Below, in pieces: positions 13,358-25,572 of a DNA stretch of 64,000 nucleotides. How positions within the stretch are numbered: position 1 is the first letter of the stretch; the number at the start of each line of letters is the position of its first letter. The position numbers and the translations under genes were made by a program. The notes beneath the pieces are model-generated. The model made no database searches, was not told the DNA's origin, and saw only the letters and a list, made by a program, of their open reading frames with translations. This DNA is from Tubulanus polymorphus. Lineage: Eukaryota > Animalia > Nemertea. The DNA is taken from contig NC_134026.1 in NCBI RefSeq assembly GCF_964204645.1, positions 11,617,950 to 11,681,949 on the forward strand. The letters are read 5' to 3'.

Positions 13358-13377
13358 TTATTTAACAAAAAAATTAA

Positions 13378-14834
13378 TCATTTATTTTTTATTATTTTTT
13401 CTTGATATCTTTTTGATATCATGTTTACTAACCCAAAAATAATAGCACTTACAACTGTAATTAAAAATAAAATAATATGTTCAGCAGCAAAGTTAATAAT
13501 GTTTCCTGCAGATTTCAATATAAAACCAACAATTGATGCAATAACTCCTGGTAAAGCTGCAGCAGATTTTTTAGATAGTTCCCATAAATATTTTGCTAAT
13601 TTCTTTAAACCATCCTTAACTTTATCTTGTATAGAATTATTATCATTCGGGGGTTTATCCGGTTTATTGGGTGTAGGCGTAGATTTCAAAGAATTTGATA
13701 TTGCTAAACCAATTGTTGTAAATAACATAGTTACAGCTGTTAGAATTGAAAGAATTGTTATTCCTTCTAATTTAAATAATAACTTTATTCTATCTTTCAA
13801 TGATATTTCAGAATCTGGTTTTATCAACAAATCTTTAAAAATAACTTTTAATCTATTAATATTATAATCATATGATTTTAATAATAATTTAATTTCTTCT
13901 TTTTGTAATTTTATGTTATATTCTAAATCATCTTTTTCTTTTTCTAAACGTAATTCTTTTTGCCTATATTCTATTTCATCAATAACTTGACGATCAAGAC
14001 CAGACTTTAATTTTTCTATTTCTTTATTTTTATCAGTTAATTCTTTTTCTAAAGTTCTAATTTTAAAATCTCTTATACTTTTATCATGCGCAATTTTATC
14101 AGATGCATGTCTTATACTTTCAATTTCTCTAATTGCTTTATCAGAAAATATATCTAAATCTCCTAATTCTCGATCTGTTGCATCAATTAATCGATTCGGT
14201 AAAAGTTTTCAATTGGAACTTTATTTGATTTAAGTTTACTACTTTTGGAAGTTATATTCTGTTCAGAAGTTGTTTCTGTATCTGATTTCTTTTTGATTAT
14301 TTTAAATAATTCATAAATTCTTTGTTTAAATACGTCTATATTATCATCTCTTTCTTTTTGTGTAACATCAGTTATTTCATTACTATTACTTATTATTTTA
14401 ATTCTATCTGGTTCTAATTTTCTCAAAGTTGATTCTGCTAATATTATATCTTGATTTTTATAAGTGATATTAATATAATAATCGCCTTTCAAATTATAAT
14501 AACATTTACCATTATCTAAAAATCTTAATTTATCTACTAAAGGTCCAACGTCTTCATCATTTATGTTAAGTTTAGAATTTTCAATTATATCTTCTAATTT
14601 AGCTATTTTGTTTAAATTATCTAAATCTTGTTTTACTAAACCTGGGTCTAAATTTTCATGATTCAATTGTGATTCTGCATTTTTAATATAATCAGGCATA
14701 TTTAGATTATTATTATATTCTGGCTCATTACCATCATTAAAACTTGTTTCACTAAAATCAGGTTGTTGTTCATCAGTTATACCAGGTTCATCAAAAGGAT
14801 CCATTCCAAAATCTTCTCCACCTTCTACATCCAT
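13378..14834 (-). pseudogene. Adintovirus-type protein with acidic N-terminus, coiled coil and hydrophobic C-terminal helices (frameshifted)
   Basis: ORFs 14187..14834 and 13378..13830 (LKDRIKLLFKLEGITILSILTAV...AAALPGVIASIVGFILK) appear to be one broken gene. Paralog at 46511-47706. Confidence 0.65.
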
Positions 14835-14850
14835 TTATATAATAAAAAAA

Positions 14851-15927
14851 TTAAAATTTAGAATATAATTTTCCTCCTATAACAATTCCTACACAAGTTA
14901 AAGCTAATTTAGTATTTTCATTCGATTTATTATCATTATCAGTTTTAATTATATCATGTTGAATATTATCAGTTTTAATATTTTCTGATGTATAGTAATC
15001 TTTTATTTTAGAATCATTATTTAATTTAATATTATTAGTTTTAGTTTCTGTTGATTGAATATGTTTTTTATTTTTTTCACCTTCCATTAATTTTGGAGCA
15101 GTAATAATCTTGTTATTTATATCATTTAATCCAATTGAATTATTTATTGTTGCAGTTTTAATTGGATTATTATAACCAATTATGTTTCCCATCTTTAGTA
15201 CTAAATCATTAGAAATAATTAATAGATTAGGGCCTATACAATAATTTAGTCTTACATGAGATTTATCTAAATAATTTTGATATCTTACAAATGTTTTCTG
15301 GAATCGATCTATTTTTATCATTATGAATGGAATCTTCAAATAATACTTTGAATTGTTTCTGCGCATCGAATGAAGTACTATTATTTCCAACTATTGGTGA
15401 TCTTGTTTCAACTTGTGCACCTAAAATACATATCAAATAAGTTCTAATTGATTGATTTATTCTTTGTATACCAGGTTTTGTAAATCCTTCACTATAAGAT
15501 TCAATAAAATTAATCCATCCATTATTATAATCAATTCTATAATTATGATAAGCTCCAATTCTATGCATATAATCAATTCTTTTTATTTCATACTGTTCAC
15601 CAACACCATGTAATCTACCATGCGCTCTAAAATCGGAATTAATATTCATATTAAATTCATTACATATTTTATAAAACTTAGATAGATTAATATTATTATC
15701 CAATTCTTTAAAATATTTCGATCCAGGTAAAGGGCATTCTAATTCATTTAATATTATTCTGATTTGAAAATATGTGTGAAATCTAAATATTGTATGAATG
15801 AATTTTAAATCAGAATATTTCAAATCTTTATCTAAGTTATTCAAGTGTTCATGCCAACTTACACCACAACCAGTTGTTGCACAATGAACAGCAAAATTTA
15901 ATTGATTCTGCCAATATTTCATATTAG
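14851..15927 (-). pseudogene. Conserved adintovirus/Polinton hypothetical protein (frameshifted, 5'-truncated)
   Basis: YWQNQLNFAVHCATTGCGVS...RINQSIRTYLICILGAQVETRSPIVG. ORFs 15263..15973 and 14851..15390 overlap at a frameshift. Paralog ORF 48145..48807. Confidence 0.7.
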
Positions 15928-16090
15928 ATGGCACAGCAGTTATCTCTGAACGAAAACTTGTAGCCGAAATCAACGGAACACCTCATCTTGGAATAAGTCG
16001 ATCTAACTAGTGGAGTCACGCATGGTAGTATCTTGAGTTGTCTTCTGTTTAATTTCCTAACAAATAACATACACAGAAATCCAAAATATA
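15928..16090 (+). pseudogene. Partial CR1/L2-type RT remnant (macro-unit 4)
   Basis: Resumes at ATGGCACAGCAGTTATCTCTGAACG and includes the GVTHGSILS motif. Confidence 0.75.
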
Positions 16091-16209
16091 CCAGACCGAG
16101 TAAATTTACGGAACGACCTTAACACGCCGTTCGACCAAAAAACTTCCGACAAGAAAATCTTGTTCGAATGAAAACAATTCTGTTTAATCGAACAATACGC
16201 TTTTTGTTC

Positions 16210-16905
16210 GAACCAAAATAATCAATTGTCGCTGGCGATAAAACCGAAAAATTGAATTGTCGCGGGCGACAAAACCGAAATATTGATTTGTCGCGGGTGA
16301 CAAAACCAAATTAATGAATTGTCGCGGGCGATAAAACCAAAACAATGAATTGTCGCAGGCGGTAAAACCAAAATATTGAATAGTCGTGGGCGACAAAACC
16401 AAAATACTGATTTGTCGCGGGTTACAAAACCAAATTAATGAATTGTCCCGGGCGATAAAATCAAAATATTTAATTGTCGCGGGCGATAAAATCAAAATCT
16501 TGAATTGTCGCGGGCGACAAAACCAAAATATTGAATTGTCGCGGGCGACAAAACCAAACTAATGAATTGTTGCGGGCGATAAAACCAAAATAATGAATTG
16601 TCGCGGGCGATAAAACCAAAATAATGAATTGTCGCGGGCGATAAAACCAAAATAATGAATTGTCGCGGGCGATAAAACCAAAATATTGAATTGTCGTGGG
16701 CGACAAAACCAAAATATTGATTTGTCGCGGGTGACAAAACCAAATTAATGAATTGTCCGAGGCGATAAAATCAAAATAATGAATTTTCGCGGTCGATAAA
16801 ACCGAAATAATGAATTGTCGCGGGCGACAAAACCAAAATTATTGTTTTGTCGCGTTATTTTAGTTTTGTCGTTTTGTCATAATGTCGCCCTCATTTGCAT
16901 ATACG
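16210..16905. repeat. 31-bp satellite array with conserved terminal segment
   Basis: Tandem monomers and the conserved end. Confidence 0.95.
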
Positions 16906-18209
16906 TGTTTTTTTTACGCATGGCCCTTATCAGCCACCATACTAAAGCCTTAAGTTCGCGTAAAACTCGATAAACACTTCAAGCGACACAGCGAACGATC
17001 TCCTTTCCCCTACAGCGAACGCTTAACCTAGTAGAGGCTACTAGCCTATGTAGGCCTATGTATATGCGTAGGCCTAACATCCGGACAGATTGGTCGTAGG
17101 CCTATTGAATTTTACAACCCACCTAAATATCGTAAATTTTGTTTTGAAGTTCAATCCAATGAGTCCGTTAATAAACGCAACAATTGTACTGTGTTTGTTT
17201 GATACAGTAAAGCTCAGTACCGGTAGGCCTAAAGCCGCGTCAAACTCGATAAACACTTCAAGCGACACAGCGAACGATCCCTACCCCCCACAGCGAACGC
17301 TTACTCCGAATGTCAAGTGTGAGTCCAGCATACGGATAGGAGTGTGTTATATACTTGTATTTAGTAAATACCTTGTGGATTTGACAATGATCGGTATGTA
17401 CTGTAGGAAATATAGAGTATTGATGGTATTGATATAGAGGTTGAAGCCCGCGGCCGAATAAAGTAATATATTTCTTTATTTTGATACCTCGTCGACATAA
17501 TAGCTTTTCTCCGCTATATCTCTTCGGCGTGTTTAGTTTAGGCCTACGACTCCCCTGTACACTTATGATTTATCTTAGTAAATACACGGTTAATTTGGTA
17601 AAGAAAAATAGGTATTGCTAAACTAACTACTTGACGCCCGCAGCCAAATCACTGGTAGTTATAAATTAAATTGTACTCGATTTGATTCTCATGATGAGGA
17701 GAAACTCGCAGCTGATCCCCGGAACGACGATGTAGTAACACACGTCGATTCGTCGATGTTTACGGCTCGACAGTGCTTTTAAAATCTAAAGTAGTAAATT
17801 TCCAGTGTATCGGTAATATGATTTGATGAGGAAAATGGGCTATTGTTAAAATCACTGTTTGAAGACCGCGACTGAATGTGAAGTCTGCGGCAATAAATTA
17901 GTTCATTTATACTTGAATTGATAATCGAAGTGACAGTCGGCCTGCGAGTTGATTTCGGGATGACGACTCGAAAAACATGTCGCCCCATTGAATGGGGCTA
18001 AATTTTCGATGTTTACGGCCCGACAGCGCTTTTGTAACGATGATTTGTGAAAAAACACGCGGGTTATTTGTAGATCTCAGTGAGCTGATCGATATTATAT
18101 GGATTGTATATGAAACAGCGGTAAGGTAACAAAGCCTATGTTCTTTTGGTAAAAATAGTGTGGAAGAAAATAATAATAAATATAGCTGCAAAGCAGCGAT
18201 AACGGGTTT

Positions 18210-18490
18210 TCTGCACAGTCTTAGAATCCTGTTCAACGGTGGATTTCAATAAAGCATTTGATAAGGCTCAACATCAGCCATTACTAAACAGGCTATTAGG
18301 AAACAGCATCAATGATAGGTCGCCCAAATGGCTCAGCAGTTATCTCTGAACGGAGACTTGAAACCGAAATCAACGGAACGCCTCATCTTGGAATGAGACG
18401 GTCTAACTAGTGGAGTAACGCAAGGTAGTATCCTAAGTCGTCTTCTGTTTAATGTCCTGACAAATGACATACACAGTAATCCAAAATATA
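18210..18490 (+). pseudogene. CR1/L2-type RT remnant (macro-unit 5)
   Basis: Near-identical to 620-900 and 9260-9540. Confidence 0.85.
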
Positions 18491-18552
18491 CCAGACCGAG
18501 TAAATTTCCAAAACGACCTTAACACACTGTTCGACCAAAAAACTTAATGTTC

Positions 18553-18828
18553 CGACAAAACCACGGGCGACAAAACCAAAATTATGAATTGTCGCGGGTG
18601 ACAAAACCAAAATATTGAATTGTCACGGGCGACAAAACAAAAATAATGAATTGTCGCGGGCGATAAAACCAAAATAATGAATTTTCGCGGGCGATAAAAC
18701 CACAATAATGAATTGTCGCGGGCGTTAAAACCAAAATAATGAATTGTCGCGGACGGCAAAAACAAAATGTTGAATTGTTGCGTGCGACAAAACCAAAATA
18801 ATGAATTGTCGCGGGCGACAAAACCAAA
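18553..18828. repeat. 31-bp satellite array
   Basis: Tandem monomers. Confidence 0.95.
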
Positions 18829-19980
18829 CTAGGGGTCCAGAGACACCATGCTCACTTGGGAAGTGGTTTCAAATGCTCAACAATCTAACAATTTCAATAC
18901 ATAACGCCCTCTAGTGACCATATACAAAAACCAATGACCTTGAAACCCACCACAATCATAGAACATGTGAGCAGCTTTGATTTTGTAATTGATTGTGATA
19001 ACAAAATATGCCTCGTTACCAATTTAATATGGAAATACTAAGTTATTTTACTATTCAACGCCCCCTGGTGACCATATGCAAAACCCAATGACCTTAAAAC
19101 TCACCACAATCGTAGTACATGTCACGAAATACAACTTTGCAATTGATCATAGTAACAAAATATGCCTAGGTACCAATCTAATAAGGAAATACTAAGCCCT
19201 TCTACTATTCAGCGCCCCCTGGTGACTATATGGAATAACTAATGTCCTTAAAAACTCACCACAATCATAGACGATGTCATGAACTACAACTTTGCAATGG
19301 ATCATGGTAAGAAACTATGCCTAGGTACCAATCTAATAAGGAAAAACTTAGCTTTTCTACTATTCAACGCCCCCTGGTGACTATATGGAATAACTAATGT
19401 CCTTAAAAATTCACCACAATCATAGACGATGTCATGAACTACAACTTTGCCATTGATCATGGTAACAAAATATGCCTTGGTACAAATATAATATAGCGAT
19501 ACTTAGTTATTGTATTATTCAACGCCCCCTGATGGCCACATACAATAACCAATGACCTTGAAACTCACCAAAATCATAGAACACGTTATGGGCTACAACT
19601 TTCCAATTGAATATAGTAACACAATATGCTTAGGTATCAATTAATTGTGGAAAAACTTTTTCCCACCTACGAATGAGTACTGATGACACCAAGATGGCCG
19701 CCAATTGCATCATAATTGGCTGATCAAAAATACCTGTCACAGGTATAAAACATCCCTCTCTAAAGAATATCCATCAGCAATTGCAATGAGAAATGGCAAA
19801 CCAGTAGGAAGCTACAGGACCTAGAATTCTGGCCAAAATTGACATTTTTGGGCTCTAAAAAGGTCATAGGACGGCCATCTTGAGTCAGATCGACCCAATT
19901 TTCTTATGCTGATGGGCCTTTGGTAGATTCAAATATAAACGAAAGATCAAGGTTATTGATCAAAGCGTCTTCAAAATTTT
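18829..19980 (+). mobile_element. HINE/Pearl-like element, copy 3 (3'-truncated)
   Basis: Same 5' end and insertion point as copies 1 and 2, with five cores. Breaks into satellite after CAAAGCGTCTTCAAAATTT. Confidence 0.8.
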
Positions 19981-21463
19981 CTTCGGGCGACATAACCAAA
20001 ATAATGAATTGTCGCGGGCGATAAAACCAAAATAATGAATTGTCTCGTGCGACAAAACCAAAATAATGAATTGTCTCGTGCGACAAAACCAAAATAATGA
20101 ATTGTCGCGGGCAATAAAACCAAAATAATGAATTATCGCGGGCGATGAAACCAAAATATTGAATTGTCGCGGCGACAAAACCAAAATAATGAATTGTCGG
20201 TGGAGATAAAACCAAAGTAATGAATTGTCGCGGGCGACAAAACCAAAATGGTGAATTGTCCAGGTGACAAAACCAAAATGGTGCATTGTCGCGGGTGACA
20301 AAACCAAAATAATGAATTGTCGCGGGCGATAAAACCAAAATATTGAATTGTCGCAGGCGAATAAACCAAAATATTGAATTGTCGCGAGCGACAAAAACAA
20401 AATATAAAACCAAAGTAATAAATTGTCGTGGGCAATAAAACCAAAATATTGAATTTTTCGCGGGCGACAAAACCAAAATAATGAATTATCGCGGGGGATA
20501 AAACCAAAATATTGAATTGTCGCAGGCGATTAAACCAAAATATTGAATTGTAACAAAAATTGAAACAAAATATAAAACCAAAATAATGAATTGTCGCTGG
20601 AGATAAAACCAAAATAATGAATTGTCGCGGGCGATAAAACCTAAATAATGAATTGTCGCGGGCGACAAAACCAAAATAATGAATTGTCGCGGGCGATAAA
20701 ACCGTAATAATGAATTGTCGCTGGCGACAAAACCAAAATAATGAATTATCGCGGGGGATAAAACCAAAATATTGAATTGTCTCAGGTGACAAAACCAAAA
20801 TAATGAATTATCGCGGGGGATAAAACCAAAATATTGAATTGTCGCGGGCAACAAAACCACAAAAAAAAATTGTCGCGGACGACAAAAAAAAAATATAAAA
20901 CCAAAATAATGAATTGTCTCGGGCGACAAAACCAAAATAATGAATTGTCTCGTGCGACAAAACCAAAATAATGAATTGTCGCTGGCAATAAAACCAAAAT
21001 ATTGAATTGTCTCAGGCGACAAAACCAAAATAATGAATTATCGCGGGGGATAAAACCAAAATATTGAATTGTCGCAGGCGATAAAACCAAAATATTGAAT
21101 TGTCGCGTGCGACAAAACCAAAAAAAAAATTGTTGCGGGCGACAAAAACAAAATATAAAACCAAAATAATGAATTGTCTCGGGCGACAAAACCAAAATAA
21201 TGAATTGTCTCGTGTGACAAAACCAAAGTAATGAATTGTCGTGGGCGATAAAACCAAAATAATGAATTGTCTCAGGCGACAAAACAAAAATAATTAATTG
21301 TCGCGGGCGATAAAACCAAAATAATGAATTATCGCTGGCGACAAAACCAAAATATTGAATTGTCGCGGGCAACAAAACCAAAAAAAAAATTGTCACGTAC
21401 GACAAAAAAAAAATATAAAACCAAAATAATGAATTGTCTCGGGCGACAAAACCAAAATAATGA
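19981..21463. repeat. 31-bp satellite array (left of EnSpm insertion)
   Basis: Tandem monomers. Confidence 0.95.
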
Positions 21464-22769
21464 CCCAAGTAGCGCTGTGATGTCAGAATGACATCATAAT
21501 TACGTCATACCTTGATGTCAGGATGGCATCATATCATGATGTCAAATTGATATCAGAGTTGCTCATAGGAATGATGTCATATTAATGTCATATCATGATG
21601 TTATTCTGACGTCTTTCTGATCCAAAATGATGTCAATATGACATTGATTTTGATGATCAGAAATACGTCATTTTGATGTCCCTTTTTAAATCATTTAATT
21701 GATGAAAATATGACATCATTCCGACGTTCCATTTGCAACCATTGATTTATTGATTCCACTTATCCAAACAAAATCCTTAAAAGGTGTGAATCCTCAGTAA
21801 TTGAGCCCACTCATTAAAAACTACTGAAAAGAATCTTATGGTGAATTAAGGTAAATCGTAGGCTTAATAGCACATTTTATTTTTTTTTACAAAAAATTAA
21901 GGCGATGGAATAAGAAATAATCCCGTCATCAAAAAGTGAACATATTCGTGTACATGGATTCTACAGTTATAGAATTATTGCTGATTTTTCGATACTTAGC
22001 CATTTACATTTCGATACAGCTTACAGCTTTACAGTTACAGTTATTTTAAAATGAATATCTCTTTAGATTATACATACGTTACAAGGTTAAAAATTGTTGT
22101 ACTAACCTCTACTCTTTTCAAAGTATCTAAAAAAATAACAAATTTTTTATTCACTTAAATCTAAACCCTGCTCTCTTGTAAGCTACGTCTTCAATTTCAT
22201 AAACTGTACATAAATATATTGACTCAGTTTATACATAATATTTTATTCACAACATTATTTTTTAAAGACTTTACTACATATTTGCTCCTTCATCAGTCAA
22301 ATTATGCGAGAAATTCCACATTCCGAACAAAAATTGATTAGTCCTATTATCAGAATTACTTTGGTATATTAATCAAACTCCCAAGTTACTTATGCCCAAA
22401 AAGGAGATGACATTTATGGATTTCAATTCTACTGTTAACTCCACGTATCTTGAATCAAAGAACTCGGAAAACCGAATTAGTCGGACTAATTTACAATACT
22501 TTCAGAAGCAATACATGTACAAATATTAATTCAACATTTATGGTTACTTGGCATTCGTCTGACAAAAAAATGGCGGTCCTGAAAGATTTGATTTAAAGCG
22601 TAGTCTACTAACCTGACGTTAATTAGATACGAAAATGACAAATGTTCTACGGGTTAAATCGAAGAAACATCCTGATTGGTCCGATCAAATGATCATTATA
22701 ACTGGTTGAAATTCATAGAATACAACTGTAGATAAAAGAAAACCTTTCAACTACATATACATCGAGAAT

Positions 22770-23050
22770 ACTAGCTTAGTTTTCAAGAAAACGTCAACAT
22801 TTAAAACAGATCCTGAAACCTCAAGCAGAATTAAACCAAAAAGTAGTCTCTTTTGAAATTTGCTAGCTAGTTTTCAAGAAAACGTCGACATTCAAAACAG
22901 ATTTTGAAACGGATTTAAGCAGAATTAAACAAAAATGTAGTCTCTTTTGAAATTTGCTAGCTAGTTTTCAAGCGAAACGTCAACATTTAAAACAGATCTT
23001 GAAACAGTTTTAAATAGAATTAAACAAAAATGTAGTCTCTTTTGAAATTG
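22770..23050. repeat. Three tandem ~95-bp repeats inside the EnSpm element
   Basis: CTAG...TTTTCAAG...AACGTCAACATTTAAAACAGAT...GTAGTCTCTTTTGAAATT occurs three times. Confidence 0.85.
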
Positions 23051-23439
23051 TTGGTAGAGAGTTTAAAAAATCATAAACTCATAAAGGCAAAACACCACAT
23101 AAGATTTCATTTTTAAATAAGTATATAGGTTGATTAATAACAGATGTTTTCTGGAACATTTTTTCCCTTGTCAGATTAGAATGCGGCTGAATTCATACTA
23201 ATACATGTATTCAGATTATGTACATGACTATTGATTACCTCAAGTTGAGTTTATTTATAAAATTACCGAATAGAATTTGATTTAAACACTGAGTTAGAAT
23301 TATCTAAAGACGTTAAGCATGAACTATGAGCCGTGTTAATGTTCCAGAAATGTTTCGTGATGAATAAATTTATGAAATTTAATCATTTGAAAATGAGCTT
23401 TTTCGTGGTGTTTTCTCTCTTATATGTAACATACTAAAT

Positions 23440-24943
23440 CTAATTATTGATGTCGATCTCCTGCAGTGCGTTGTTTCTTTTGGCGCTCGCCTTTACGCGG
23501 TCTGGGGCGTATCTCAGCCAGTCCTTCATTGTGCGCTCGATATCGATCCTGGTGTGCTGGTTTCCACCGCGCTGTACTGTATCTGAATCGAAAGAAATTT
23601 TGTTCATACATCTGTTCAATAAAATATATGAATAAAAGAATCGGGAAAAACAGAACTACATACCTATAATGACCTTGGAAAGCCTTGTCGAGTTAAAGGC
23701 TGTTTTCGGAGCTTTCCCCAGCCAGTTGAATTCTGCTGCTAGTTTGTTGGAAAGCAGGGTCTTCATAATTGACTTTGTGGAATCTTTAGTCGTTTGCGCA
23801 GAATACAAACTAAGGTACCCTATCTAGAACATAAAAAGATTGGTTTACACATAGGTTTATTTCTTCATTTCTAAGCAGCTCCAACGTTAATACAGAACCT
23901 TGAATTTTATGATAATAATCACTTACCAGCCCTTCTCTGATAACCTGGTCGCCAAGTCTCCCCTCAAGCCTATCGAATTGCGTTTTCTCATCAAGAGGTA
24001 GATATATGTCGTCCGGTAATTTGGCTACTTCCGTTCGGTCCTGTTTTGTCAGCCTAGCGAGTGCCTTACTTTGGCGCTTTTGTTCTGATTTTACTTCGAC
24101 CAAAAGCTCCAAAATTTTATCAAGTTTCCTTTCTAAAAGAAATAAGTATTTGTAAAAATGTAATGGATTTGATCGGAGTTTGATCAGTCAAATGAGAAAT
24201 TATCTGCATACTTACCAACTGATACAGAACTTGTACTGGTATCAACGACAGTTCCACAAAGATTTAATGAAGTAGGGGGTGATGGAAGGCGTGGTAAAGA
24301 GGGGCGATTTCTAGGTGTTGAGGTTGATGGCTCAACACGCGGTGAATCAACTCTAGGTGACACGACTGGGGATTCATCACCGGCACTGGATTCTGAGTCC
24401 GAAAAAACTCTAGGATTAGGTCTGAAATGAATATTAAGTAAATTACCCTCTATGATGAGAAAAATAATATGTGAACTATCATATAAATGTTAGATTAGTA
24501 GAATTTGATTCACATCATTTTGAAAAATTGAAAATACCTTCTGCTGCGCTTTTTTGGGGGAGCATCAATGTCTGTGCTGTAGACATCCGATTGATTTTCG
24601 GCTTTTAGCACCATTTTCCTGGCCTTTCCATAGTCACCTGCAAACCAAAAACAATACAATACATTGAGGAAATTACTCTAGCATCAGAGTAAATACGTCA
24701 CTAAACATTTCACTAATCCCTAATCTTGCTTTACTCACCAGTCACGCCCAGCACTCTTACATTAAACACATTCCAGGATCTAATATTCGCAAAATCGCAG
24801 TCTTTCACCATTTGAGACACCGATTTATTGGTACCAGAAGGTGGCCAAAAGCACTTGGTTTTTCCATCAAATACCCATTTGGTGGGGACGATATCAACTG
24901 TTGCCTCCGACGTAAATTCAACAACGCTGTATTTATTCTCCAT
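23440..24943 (-). CDS. Six-exon EnSpm accessory protein (DUF4806-like, putative DNA-binding)
   Basis: Exons at about 24943-24739, 24637-24538, 24421-24216, 24132-23927, 23823-23664 and 23582-23440. All introns are GT..AG with compatible phases (1,2,1,0,1). The protein runs MENKYSVVEF...VPTKWV...CFWPP...AAEFNWLGKAPKTAF...MKDWLRYAPDR...INN*. Confidence 0.85.
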
Positions 24944-25572
24944 TTTCTGATAATCTGAACAAAACCTGATCAATTATTTCATTATGGGTTAGGTGGAATA
25001 TACAAAATCAAACATCTCACTGAAAAAAATGTTACATCTTTTTCATGTATAGAAGTTCTGTGTAAATATAGAAATGAAATGAACAGTGGTTGTGGAAAAT
25101 CTAATAATACTCATTTTGCCATACAATCAATGAGGACTAGCAGACACTACTACACTGTGCCAATATTTTCATAAAAAAGCCTGGATTACCAGTAGACTAC
25201 GCTGGTCATTTCTCTCAGTTTCAATGTAATTAACTCTATCTTATCCCTTTCCAAATAAGATATGGAAAAAAGAATAAATCAAAAGCTGTCCGGTCCAAAG
25301 GAATGGAAATTAAATATAACTAAGTGGAATCTGAACAAATTTTAACGTAAAAAGTACTACTGTCTAATGACGCCATATAGCTGGACATGCTGAGTCCTAT
25401 TGTTACAAAGAATTTGATGATACCTTTTTTAGATTATTCATTCTACGTAAGTTACTAAAATGATCGTATTAAATCAAAGAATCTTTTCAACGTTCAGCGA
25501 TAGTAAATGGTTTATTGACTTGACTGGCAGCAAAATTTATCATTTTCAAAAACCATGGAGCTTTACATAAAA

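Larger units (their letters stand above)
13201..15927 (-). mobile_element. Polinton/Maverick-like virus (adintovirus) structural-gene fragment, copy 1
   Basis: Abrupt very AT-rich insert with three collinear minus-strand genes. Homologous to 46511-48850, which lies in the same region as the pPolB and packaging ATPase remnants. Confidence 0.8.

Noticed and set aside
13421-13867. Plus-strand 148-aa ORF
   Set aside because: Antisense shadow of the viral hydrophobic-protein gene.
15928-15973. N-terminus MISATSFRSEITAVP of ORF 15263..15973
   Set aside because: It derives from antisense RT-remnant sequence across the junction and is not part of the viral protein.
3753-18236. Short ORFs in block B (e.g. 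3753..4076, 8137..8481, 17090..17437, 17779..17988)
   Set aside because: No recognisable motifs, and the frames are not conserved among paralogous copies.
23447-24973. Separate small ORFs 23447..23635, 23466..23669, 23810..24112 and 24731..24973
   Set aside because: They are exons of, or antisense to, the single spliced EnSpm accessory gene.
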